Shown one piece after another: positions 1 to 8,216 of a DNA stretch of 24,000 nucleotides. The notes below the pieces were generated by a model, which saw only the letters and a list, made by a program, of their open reading frames with translations, was not told the origin of the DNA and ran no database searches. Within the stretch, counting starts at the first letter, position 1. Each line of letters starts with the position of its first letter. Both the position numbers and the translations under genes were made by a program. The DNA comes from Pyrinomonadaceae bacterium (GTDB taxonomy: Bacteria; Acidobacteriota; Blastocatellia; Pyrinomonadales; Pyrinomonadaceae): positions 1-24,000 of the forward strand of contig JABDKD010000164.1 of NCBI GenBank assembly GCA_013003215.1, in the 5' to 3' direction.

Positions 1-118
1 CCGTGATCGGCTCCTTGTGAGACTTGTCCGTCCAATCCACTTTGGCATCAAGTCTTGCAAATAACCGTCTACTTGTTACCGTGTCTTCCGAGAATGATGA
101 TTGTATAAAATTCGACAT
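1..118 (-). CDS. N-terminal part of an unknown protein (MSNFIQSSFSEDTVTSRRLFARLDAKVDWTDKSHKEPIT...), continues off the left edge
   Basis: Reverse-complement ATG at 118-116 preceded by a GGAGGTA-type RBS (tacctcc at 121-127 on +); open for 39 codons to the window edge. Absent from the ORF track because it is truncated. Confidence 0.6.
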   Translation of the reverse strand, partial: MSNFIQSSFSEDTVTSRRLFARLDAKVDWTDKSHKEPIT

Positions 119-727
119 GATACCTCCTACACGTTAATAAAGTTCAATAATACTAAGTTCGTTTATATTGAATGTCAAGCTAAAAACGCTCAAATCGCTC
201 ACTTCAATCTCGAAATCACTACTTTGGAAGCCTTGGTTTTCGAATTTTCGCTCAATTCGCTCAATCTGTAAACGTAACCACACTTGCAAAACCCTGTATC
301 TGATTATTCTTGAATTGGTCCCATTTTATTCCCATTCTAAGTTTTTATCTATAAAAAATATGTGCGTTTAACAGAAACTTAACCCCTTGCTGATAAGACT
401 ATGAATCGGATAGTTTATTCCTATGAGAATAAAGAATTTAGGTATGCTTTTTGCGTATCTAAAAAGTGAATTTCCAGATATTCATGATCAATTAACCGAA
501 GGCGATTGCCATTTGGTCGAACCGATTCACAGTAATCCGTTATGTTGCAAAATTTACGGTGAGTGAAATCTAAATCAACACCACGTGCGGAAGTCCGCTT
601 TACGATATGCTTCGAAATGAAAAATCCGAAAATCAGGATTTAGATTCATGAATTAGGATTGAACCGGGCGATATTTGCCGGTTTTGAGAGAGTTTATTAA
701 ACCCATAAAAGAGGTCGAAGGATTATA

Positions 728-3700
728 ATGAACAAAAAAATATTTATGAGACTTCTGACGATTGCCTCTTTCAGCATTTTGCTGGGAGCATCTCAGATTT
801 TTGCTCAGTCGCAGGCGAGTACCGGTACAATCACTGGTACGATCACCGATGTCAATGATGCGGTCGTGCCTAATGCGACAGTTGAAGCGGTCAATAAGGA
901 CACAGGCGCTTCAAAAACCACAACCACAAACCAATCGGGTTACTACCAGATTCCGCTTTTGCGTCCTGGCACCTATACGGTTAAAGCCAGTGGCGGCGGA
1001 TTCGCTGAGCAGTCCCGTGAAGCAATCGTAAATATCGGACGTACGGTAAGTGTGAATTTCCAACTTGGTGTTGGAGATGTATCCGCTGTCGTTAACGTTA
1101 CCGGTGAGGAAGTGCAAACAACCGTCAGTAACGCTGACTCGGTTTTGGACAATGACGCGATTTCCAATCTTCCGCTCAACGGTCGACGATTTCAGGATCT
1201 TGCGACGCTGACACCGAATGTTGAGATCGACCCGCAACGCGGTCAACTCTCAATTGGTGGTCAGAAAGGTGTCGACCTGGCAATCAACGTGGACGGTGGA
1301 GACTTTACCCAGCCGTTCTTCGGCGGCATTCGCGGCGGTGAGAGGTCAAACTTCTCGTTCACACTGCCTCAGGAAGCTGTTCGTGAGTTCCAGGTTGTTT
1401 CGGCCGGTTACTCGGCAGAGTTTGGCCGGGCAACGGGTGGTATTATCAACGTGGCTACAAAGGGTGGTTCCAACCAATTTGGTGGAAGCGCCTTTATTAA
1501 TTTCCGCGGAGACTCTCTTGCCAGAACAAATGGATTTGCTGATGCGTTGATTGCCCAATCAGGTGTTACCGATCCGCAGGTTGCTGCAGACAGGTACCAG
1601 TTTGGTGGTTCGTTCGGTGGTCCGATCATAAAAGACAAGTTCTTTTTCTTTGGAACCTACGAGCAGCAGAACCTCAGTGTCGAACGTATTGCAACCGACA
1701 GCGACCTGAGTGATTCTTCAATTATTAATCCTGTAGTTCCGCTTCGTCCGGAAGAGCAGGCGGTTCTGGACTTCTTCAGAACCCAGGAAGGACCGTTCAC
1801 GCTAACCAACGATGTTTGGGCCGGTTCAATTAGGGTCGATGGAAATTTCAACGAAAAGAACAACGCGAACTTCAGGTTTAACTTCAGCCGGAACGACGCA
1901 GAAAACGCCGTCAACACGGGTGAGACTTCTCTGAATCCGACGACTGACAATGCACTCTCCAATGACGGCATTGAAGGAAGCCGTACATACACCTATGTTG
2001 GCCAGTGGACTTCCTTTATCAATTCGACGTTCACGAATGAATTCCGGGGACAGTATTCAAGAGGTGAAAGGCCTCGTCTCGCGAATTCGGCAATCCCGAA
2101 CGTAGAATCAAACTTGCTGGATTTTGGTCTGAGATCGTTTATGCCGACCACGCAGTTTGATACGCGTCTTCAGTTCTCGAATAACCTGATCGCTATTGCG
2201 GGAGACCACACTGCGAAGTTTGGTGTCGATTTCCAGAGGATCAAAGCCGATCAGGATTTCGGATTTGGTCAACTGGGCCGATTCTTTATCTTCCCGACCT
2301 CGGGCACTTCCGAATTCGGACGAGTACCCGGTTATTTTATTGGGGGAAGAGGACGAAACATCCTGACCGCGATGTCTACGCTTCAGATAATCGATCCGAT
2401 GAATCGTGACGCGAGTTATTTTGGAAGGTTTGACGACGCTCGAACCGGCCCTAATGACTATTCACGACAAATCGGAAACCTGGAAGCAGCGTTTTCGGTC
2501 TCGGAAATGGCCTTTTTTGCCCAGGATTCCTGGAGAGCATCTCCTAACCTGACCTTCAACTTCGGTCTGCGTGTTTCGAAGCAATGGAATCCGAGCCCTG
2601 AAACGGGCAACACAGCTTTGATCGACGTGATGCGCAACGCGAGCTTCCCGCTTTTGGGCGGTAGTGGATTTGACCCGACCGTTATCCCGGACAGCCCTTG
2701 GCAGTTTGGTCCGCGCCTTGGTTTCGCTTACGATCCGAAAGGGGATGGAAAGAGCGTGTTCCGTGGATTTTTCGGAATGTTCTACTCCAGAACACCGCTC
2801 TTGCTCTTTGCCGGTGCGATGAATAATTACCGGACGACTCCCGGCGACCTGCAAACGACCTTCTCGTTCTTGGACGGAAGTTTTGACCAGGCCGCGTTTG
2901 ACGCCGCCAACCCGCAATATACGGCGATCGTTGGAATGGGTGTCAGACCGTCAACGGTCTATCGACTCTTTGCAGTTGCCGGAATCGACCTGAACAACTT
3001 CGCGTTGGACAACCTTCCGATACTTACGGTAGCTCAACTGAACTCCGTAAACGCTGCCTTGGAGGCCGCTTCTCCGGGTGCGAATCCGAGTACGCTAGGT
3101 GCTTTCACAAACTCCTTCCCGTTCGGAATTGCGCCTGACTTTAAGAATCCGACATCTGCGCAGTGGGGATTTGGTTATGAACTTGAACTGGCCAAAGACT
3201 TTTACATCGGCTTTGATTTTGCAAATGTGAATGCGTGGAACAGGCAGAGAAACATAAACATAAACCTCCCGCCTGCTACTGCTGTTACACCGATTGCGAT
3301 GCGACCGGATTACCAACGCAGACGAGTGGTAAGTAGTCTCGGAAGCATCCAGTTGCGACAATCGTCCGCGAAATCGACCTACAAGTCGTTTACGGTTCGT
3401 TCGCGTTACTCGAATAACTGGCTACGATTCCAAGCTAGTTATACGCTCTCGAAGAACACGTCGGATGATGACAACGAGAGAAGCGCGACCGGATTTCAAG
3501 ATTCTGAGAACCAATATGACCGCTCGTCGGATTATGGCTTCTCGACTCTTGACCGCACTCATCGGTTTACGGCGAGTCCGATCTTCTTCCTTCCGTTCGG
3601 AGTTGAATTCTCGACTACTATGAGACTACGTTCGGGTAATCCGTTTGATGCTGCGATCTTCCGTGACGTGAATAACGATGCGATTACAGGATTTCTTGGT

Positions 3701-4042
3701 GGTCCGGACCGACCGTACATCGCGCCGGGCGTTCCGATGCAGCGGAATTCCTTTAGGAACAAACCAATCTATGACATAGATATGAGAGTTCAAAAGGGAA
3801 TCAATTTCGATGAGCGGAAGCGTTTGGTCTTCACTGCGGAGTTCTTCAATGTTTTCAATCTTGAGAATATCCAATATGGTGACAGGCTATTCTGTAGTTC
3901 GCGAAATGAGGCATGCGGTTTGTCCGGAGCCACGAATTCAAGCTTTATGCAGATTCGTGATTCCAACGGGAACTTCATAACCAGAAATAATCTGGGTTCG
4001 CAGATCTTCCAAACACAGATCGGAGCCAGATTCGAATTCTAA
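728..4042 (+). CDS. TonB-dependent receptor / Oar-like outer-membrane protein with N-terminal carboxypeptidase-regulatory-like domain
   Basis: 1104 aa; signal peptide MNKKIFMRLLTIASFSILLGASQIFAQ; Ig-like/CarboxypepD_reg motif GTITGTITDVNDAVVPNATVEAVNKDTGASKTTTTNQSGYYQIPLLRPGTYTV; plug-like NLPLNGRRFQDLATLTPNV; ends in a beta-signal-like QTQIGARFEF. Confidence 0.93.
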   Translation: MNKKIFMRLLTIASFSILLGASQIFAQSQASTGTITGTITDVNDAVVPNATVEAVNKDTGASKTTTTNQSGYYQIPLLRPGTYTVKASGGGFAEQSREAIVNIGRTVSVNFQLGVGDVSAVVNVTGEEVQTTVSNADSVLDNDAISNLPLNGRRFQDLATLTPNVEIDPQRGQLSIGGQKGVDLAINVDGGDFTQPFFGGIRGGERSNFSFTLPQEAVREFQVVSAGYSAEFGRATGGIINVATKGGSNQFGGSAFINFRGDSLARTNGFADALIAQSGVTDPQVAADRYQFGGSFGGPIIKDKFFFFGTYEQQNLSVERIATDSDLSDSSIINPVVPLRPEEQAVLDFFRTQEGPFTLTNDVWAGSIRVDGNFNEKNNANFRFNFSRNDAENAVNTGETSLNPTTDNALSNDGIEGSRTYTYVGQWTSFINSTFTNEFRGQYSRGERPRLANSAIPNVESNLLDFGLRSFMPTTQFDTRLQFSNNLIAIAGDHTAKFGVDFQRIKADQDFGFGQLGRFFIFPTSGTSEFGRVPGYFIGGRGRNILTAMSTLQIIDPMNRDASYFGRFDDARTGPNDYSRQIGNLEAAFSVSEMAFFAQDSWRASPNLTFNFGLRVSKQWNPSPETGNTALIDVMRNASFPLLGGSGFDPTVIPDSPWQFGPRLGFAYDPKGDGKSVFRGFFGMFYSRTPLLLFAGAMNNYRTTPGDLQTTFSFLDGSFDQAAFDAANPQYTAIVGMGVRPSTVYRLFAVAGIDLNNFALDNLPILTVAQLNSVNAALEAASPGANPSTLGAFTNSFPFGIAPDFKNPTSAQWGFGYELELAKDFYIGFDFANVNAWNRQRNININLPPATAVTPIAMRPDYQRRRVVSSLGSIQLRQSSAKSTYKSFTVRSRYSNNWLRFQASYTLSKNTSDDDNERSATGFQDSENQYDRSSDYGFSTLDRTHRFTASPIFFLPFGVEFSTTMRLRSGNPFDAAIFRDVNNDAITGFLGGPDRPYIAPGVPMQRNSFRNKPIYDIDMRVQKGINFDERKRLVFTAEFFNVFNLENIQYGDRLFCSSRNEACGLSGATNSSFMQIRDSNGNFITRNNLGSQIFQTQIGARFEF

Positions 4043-4064
4043 GTAATCTACCCTTTTAAGTTAC

Positions 4065-4096
4065 GGCGCACTCCTTTTCGGGGTGCGCCTTTTTTT
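4065..4096 (+). terminator. Rho-independent terminator of the TonB receptor gene
   Basis: GGCGCACTCC-TTTTC-GGGGTGCGCC followed by 7 T, 22 nt after the stop codon. Confidence 0.9.
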
Positions 4097-4140
4097 GTGC
4101 TCTGATTTACCTTGGAAGCTTTGCGATTTACTATTGTCTA

Positions 4141-5238
4141 ATGCGAATTCTGCAAATCTCATCGGCAGAGACATTTGGGGGCGGCGAACGGCATTTTACG
4201 GATCTCTGCCGTGGCCTCATGGAAGCCGGAAACGAAGTCTTTGCGGCCGTCAGATACGGGAACGAATGGGAAAACGAAATCGAGTTCTTACCGGCTTCGA
4301 ACGTTTTCCATTTGAGTCTCGCCAATTCGCTTGATCTTTTGTCCGCCCGCAGACTATCGAAGATCATTAGGGACAATAAGATCGATATCGTCCATGCCCA
4401 CGCGGCCAGAGACTATCCAGTAGCCTCTGTAGCAGTCCGTCTCTCCCCACCCGTGAAGCTGGTGCTCTCGCGCCACGTCATCTTTCCGATGAAAAACCTT
4501 CATAAGCTTGTTCTAAAAAATGTGGACCGCGTCATTGCCGTTTCGGAACCAACAGCAACCCACCTCAGAAAGGTATTCCCTCCTGAGAAGATCGCAGTGA
4601 TTTCAAACGGAATAAATATCGAAAAAAATGGTAACGACGCCGCGGGAAAGGAGTTTCGGTTCGAGCATAACATTCCTTACGACGTGCCTTTGATAGGAAT
4701 TGTCGGGGAACTCGGTGAGGTTAAGAGACAGAAGGATTTCTTACTTGCGGCCGAGATAATCAAGAAGGAATTGAGCGACGCAATGTTCGTCTCGACCGGT
4801 ATGGACAGAGCGATTGGCCAACCCTATCGTCGAGACCTTAAAAGACTGGAAAAGATCTTGGGTCTTCAAGGATCTGTCGTATGGCTGGACTGGGTGAATG
4901 ACATGTCCCCATTTTATTCCGCTCTTGACTTACTGGTGTCCGCATCAAGTACTGAAAGCTTTGGGCTCGCGATATCCGAAGCGATGGGGAGCGGAACTGC
5001 GGTAGTTGCGACAAGAACCGAAGGAGCCTCTGAGCTTATCGAAGATGGAGTTACCGGCAGGCTTGTTCCAATCGGTGAACCGGTTGAAACCGCAAAAGCA
5101 GTTTTAGAGCTGTTTGAGAACCCGGAATTGAGATCTTCTATTGGAGACAATGCACGGGTTTACGCGGTCTCCAATCTTGGCCTCGACCGAATGGTTTCTT
5201 CGATCATCGAACTGTATAACGAGATTCTTGAATTCTAG
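4141..5238 (+). CDS. Glycosyltransferase family 4 (GT-B) protein
   Basis: 365 aa; N-terminal GGGERHFTDLCRGL; C-terminal STESFGLAISEAMGSGTAVVATRTEGASELIEDGVTGRLVPIG, characteristic of GT4 enzymes. Confidence 0.9.
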   Translation: MRILQISSAETFGGGERHFTDLCRGLMEAGNEVFAAVRYGNEWENEIEFLPASNVFHLSLANSLDLLSARRLSKIIRDNKIDIVHAHAARDYPVASVAVRLSPPVKLVLSRHVIFPMKNLHKLVLKNVDRVIAVSEPTATHLRKVFPPEKIAVISNGINIEKNGNDAAGKEFRFEHNIPYDVPLIGIVGELGEVKRQKDFLLAAEIIKKELSDAMFVSTGMDRAIGQPYRRDLKRLEKILGLQGSVVWLDWVNDMSPFYSALDLLVSASSTESFGLAISEAMGSGTAVVATRTEGASELIEDGVTGRLVPIGEPVETAKAVLELFENPELRSSIGDNARVYAVSNLGLDRMVSSIIELYNEILEF

Positions 5239-5906
5239 TCCATAGCTCGGGGCAGATTCTCCAATATCCAACTAGCCGTTTCAGGTGCCAATTCTGGATT
5301 CGATCTTAAAGTTTTGGCAACCTCAATTAAGTCATCGGGTCTGTCTATGTCGATCGCTGTATCGACTGTGGCCGCGTTGAGGCCGGCAGACTCAATATTC
5401 CTTTTCATGTGTTCAAAAACATGCTGGCCTCCCCAACGAATTCCATTGAATACATCCCCGGGGAAGCGATCGAAGCCTATTAAGTAAAAACCTCCATCGC
5501 GCGCCATTCCAAGAACGGCTCGTGCTTCGCCATCCAAAAGGTCGAATGATTGTTCGATCGCTAAAGCTGGGGCTGTAGGGCTGTCAGTACCGGTCATCAC
5601 AATGCGCTCGAAACCGAGAGCAAAAGCCTCTTCGAATGCATTCGACATTCTTTCTCCTAGATCAACACCCTTCTGAAAAATTGTCTGCTGGCCATTTCCG
5701 AGAAGTCTCAAGATCTTATCCGCAAGACGTTTCGGGGTAAACGCTACAAACGTGTTGGGCGTGATTGAACCCGCACGCTCAACAGAATCCTTGAGCAGCG
5801 CTTCTGAGAGCGCAGCAGATTGCTCAGGTGAAATGTATGGATTAAGGCGTGTTTTGACAGTTCCCGGTTCGGGCACCTTTGCCATAATGATCATTGCTTT
5901 GGACAT
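5235..5906 (-). CDS. TIGR04282-type glycosyltransferase (DUF2064), arsenosugar-biosynthesis associated
   Basis: 223 aa; MAKVPEPGTVKTRLNPYISPEQSAALSEALLKD, GTDSPTAPALAIEQSFDLL, VLGMARDGGFYLIGF, VDTAIDIDRPDDL motifs. Adjacent to ArsS and peroxidase-like genes. Confidence 0.88.
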   Translation of the reverse strand: MSKAMIIMAKVPEPGTVKTRLNPYISPEQSAALSEALLKDSVERAGSITPNTFVAFTPKRLADKILRLLGNGQQTIFQKGVDLGERMSNAFEEAFALGFERIVMTGTDSPTAPALAIEQSFDLLDGEARAVLGMARDGGFYLIGFDRFPGDVFNGIRWGGQHVFEHMKRNIESAGLNAATVDTAIDIDRPDDLIEVAKTLRSNPELAPETASWILENLPRAMD

Positions 5907-5972
5907 AAGGAATAAATCCGGCGCTTTGCGGGATTCTTAGCTAAATACTACAAGACGAATAAATGTAAAACT

Positions 5973-6406
5973 ATGGCTCACGATTTTGATGTCGAGGCAG
6001 CAGTCTCGGAACGGTAAGGAAATGCCGCAAACACAGTCCAGGCAGTGCGCGCTATGTTGCCCGTCGATAACCCTGGTCGCGCGCAAGGGGAAGCAGGCCC
6101 CTGTCTCGAACGAAACCAGACTGTTGTTTTAAGGGTCCATGGAAGAAAGTCCTCGATGACGATGGTCACGACCTGGAGCGCGGGAAACGTAGGGCGGTTT
6201 GCGACAAGACCTTCAAGATCTATTCGAAAGCACCCTATGCCGAACATATTGTCCCGATAGAATCCTTTGAGGAGATTGCGCTTGAAGATGCCGGAGAATT
6301 TAACTGCAAGAGAAATGCTCTTCGCGATGCTCGAGAATCTAATGGTCTCGACTATAACCTGACTGAGGCAGACTCTTCATGCGAGGAAGGAGAAGATTGG
6401 TGCTGA
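5973..6406 (+). pseudogene. arsM: Decayed arsM-like (arsenite methyltransferase) remnant lacking its central catalytic region
   Basis: From 5973: MAHDFDVEAAVSER*GNAANTVQA..., with ALCCP in a shifted frame. Then GEAGPCLERNQTVV in one frame and KGPWKKVLDDDGHDLERGKRRAVCDKTFKIYSKAPYAEHIVPIESFEEIALEDAGEFNC...DYNLTEADSSCEEGEDWC* (6131-6406) in another. These resemble the ends of ArsM-like methyltransferases from arsenosugar clusters. The SAM-binding core is absent and there is no continuous ORF. Confidence 0.68.
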
Positions 6407-6442
6407 CTTGAATCTTCCACGCCTAAGCCTGAAACTGATTTA

Positions 6443-6772
6443 ATGAGTTATTACGAAGAACAAGACCTGCACAATTTCGATAAGGTCGGGGAACACGCAC
6501 CGGAGCTATACGAGAAGTTCATGGCCTGGTACCAGGCGTGCCAGGAAGAAGGCGCACTTTCAAAACGTGAGAAGGCGCTGATCGGGTTGGCGGTTGCGGT
6601 GACAATCCAATGCCCTTACTGTATCGATGCTTTTACGAACAGCAGCCTTGAGAGCGGTTCGAATATGGAACAGATGACCGAAGCGATGCACCTTGCGAGT
6701 GCTATACGCGGGGGAGCGAGCCTTATTCACGGCGTCCAGGCTCACAATGCCCACGACAAGATTTCGATGTAG
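6443..6772 (+). CDS. Arsenosugar biosynthesis-associated peroxidase-like protein (TIGR04169/AhpD-like)
   Basis: 109 aa; EKALIGLAVAVTIQCPYCIDAFTNSSLESG with a CxxC AhpD-type motif, MTEAMHLASAIRGGASLIHG; located directly upstream of ArsS. Confidence 0.88.
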   Translation: MSYYEEQDLHNFDKVGEHAPELYEKFMAWYQACQEEGALSKREKALIGLAVAVTIQCPYCIDAFTNSSLESGSNMEQMTEAMHLASAIRGGASLIHGVQAHNAHDKISM

Positions 6773-6779
6773 GAGAGAA

Positions 6780-6905
6780 TTTAACAGGGATGAAGGGGAT
6801 AAATGGGATTAACACGGAATAGCAAAGACAAGAGGAATGGCTATGTGCCACTCATATGCTCTATATTCTTTTCGTATCCCTTTCATCTCCTTCATCCCTG
6901 TTTAA
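6780..6905. repeat. Imperfect inverted repeat between the peroxidase-like and arsS genes
   Basis: Left arm 6780-6809 tttaacagggatgaaggggataaatgggat; right arm 6876-6905 atccctttcatctccttcatccctgtttaa, whose reverse complement matches the left arm at about 26 of 30 positions. Confidence 0.8.
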
Positions 6906-6933
6906 TGCCCCTTTGTTCCTGTTAAGTAAATAG

Positions 6934-7947
6934 ATGACAAAGAACCCTTTAATCCAGATCCAAAGGCGAAACGGAAAACCGGCGCTACCGGATTCCCGCG
7001 TCAGTTTTGATGAGCATTTAAAAATGCAGGATCTTGATCTACGTGCTTCAAAGATCGAGATACTTCAATTGAACGTAGGAAAACTTTGCAATCAGGCTTG
7101 CAAACACTGTCATGTAGATGCTTCTCCGACGAGAACTGAAATCATAGGACGGGAAACGATCGACCATTGTCTTGAGGTAATGCGAAAGCATTCGATTCCT
7201 ACACTCGACATCACCGGCGGTGCTCCCGAGTTAATTCCGGACTTCAGATATTTGGTGACCGAGGCTAAGAATTCCGGAGCACTTGTCATGGTCAGGCACA
7301 ACCTGACAGTGATGTTCGAAGAAAACCAAAAAGACCTGCCTGATTTCTTCGCAGAAAATGCAGTCGAGGTAGTTTCATCGCTTCCGTATTTTCAGGAACA
7401 GCAAACCGACGCGCAGCGGGGTTCCGGAGTATTCGAAAAATCAGTTGAAGCCCTAAAGCACTTGAACGCTGTGGGTTACGGCGTAGAGCAAGGGCTTGTA
7501 TTGAATCTTGTTTACAACCCTGTGGGGGCATTTCTTCCTCCGGAGCAGGCCTCGATCGAGGCGGATTTCAGACGCGAACTCCGAAAAAGATATGGCATCG
7601 AATTTAACAATCTATTCACGATTACCAACATGCCGATCGCCCGTTTTCTGGACTGGCTAAGAAGCTCAGGCAACGAGCAGAGCTATATGAACCGTCTTGT
7701 TAACTCTTTTAATCCTGCAACGGTCGAGGGACTCATGTGCAGGAACACTCTGAGCGTCGATTGGCTGGGGAACCTGTATGACTGCGACTTCAACCAGATG
7801 CTCGAGATCCCTGTTAACGTTTCTAATGCTCAACACATAAGCGAATTTGATGTTCGAGAACTCGAAGGCCGCAGGATTGCGACCAACTCACATTGTTTCG
7901 GCTGTACGGCCGGTTCCGGGTCTTCCTGTGGAGGAGCAGTCGGGTAA
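6934..7947 (+). CDS. arsS: Arsenosugar biosynthesis radical SAM protein ArsS (DUF3641 C-terminus)
   Basis: 337 aa; LNVGKLCNQACKHCHVDASPTRTE (CxxxCxxC), LDITGGAPELIPDF, C-terminal HCFGCTAGSGSSCGG. Confidence 0.93.
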   Translation: MTKNPLIQIQRRNGKPALPDSRVSFDEHLKMQDLDLRASKIEILQLNVGKLCNQACKHCHVDASPTRTEIIGRETIDHCLEVMRKHSIPTLDITGGAPELIPDFRYLVTEAKNSGALVMVRHNLTVMFEENQKDLPDFFAENAVEVVSSLPYFQEQQTDAQRGSGVFEKSVEALKHLNAVGYGVEQGLVLNLVYNPVGAFLPPEQASIEADFRRELRKRYGIEFNNLFTITNMPIARFLDWLRSSGNEQSYMNRLVNSFNPATVEGLMCRNTLSVDWLGNLYDCDFNQMLEIPVNVSNAQHISEFDVRELEGRRIATNSHCFGCTAGSGSSCGGAVG

Positions 7948-8020
7948 GAGGGTAGGAAGGCTGGCAGGGGGGTAGGTGAGTTGAGTAGGAGTGCCGCCGA
8001 TAGATACTGTCTTGAATTAG

Positions 8021-8132
8021 CCATCGTAGATGGTGGCAGCATGTAGCCCATAGCGTGAGCTATTGGTTATCGACCGTTTGAACCAAAGCCCTCGTAGAGG
8101 GCGATAGACGATTCCGCCGCGGTTCGCCGCGG
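8021..8132. repeat. Cluster of short stem-loops (REP-like element)
   Basis: CCATC-GTA-GATGG (8021-8033), imperfect CCCATAGC-GTGA-GCTATTGG (about 8047-8067), GCCCTC-GTA-GAGGGC (8088-8102), CCGCGG-TTCG-CCGCGG (8117-8132), in a noncoding gap. Confidence 0.7.
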
Positions 8133-8216
8133 ATTGAAACGGATCTGAGAAAAAAAGATAAAACTCCCCGGCCGTGGAGGCACGCACACGCGGGGATTGT
8201 ATGGGTCGACCGTCCG

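Noticed and set aside
168-371. 67-aa + strand ORF in the leading intergenic region
   Set aside because: No recognisable RBS or family similarity, low-complexity AT-rich composition; likely spurious.
2462-2917. 151-aa minus-strand ORF inside the TonB receptor gene
   Set aside because: Antisense to a strongly supported CDS, Arg-rich composition typical of antisense frames.
5978-6247. Minus-strand 89-aa ORF over the arsM remnant
   Set aside because: No protein-like features; the plus-strand frames carry the recognisable ArsM-like segments.
4141-7947. A novel biosynthetic system combining the GT4 and radical SAM genes
   Set aside because: TIGR04282 glycosyltransferase, ArsM, TIGR04169-like and ArsS are the known arsenosugar cluster; the GT4 faces it convergently and need not be part of it.
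7947-7990. G-rich stretch after arsS as a possible G-quadruplex
   Set aside because: Only some of the G-runs reach three or more, so support from sequence alone is weak.
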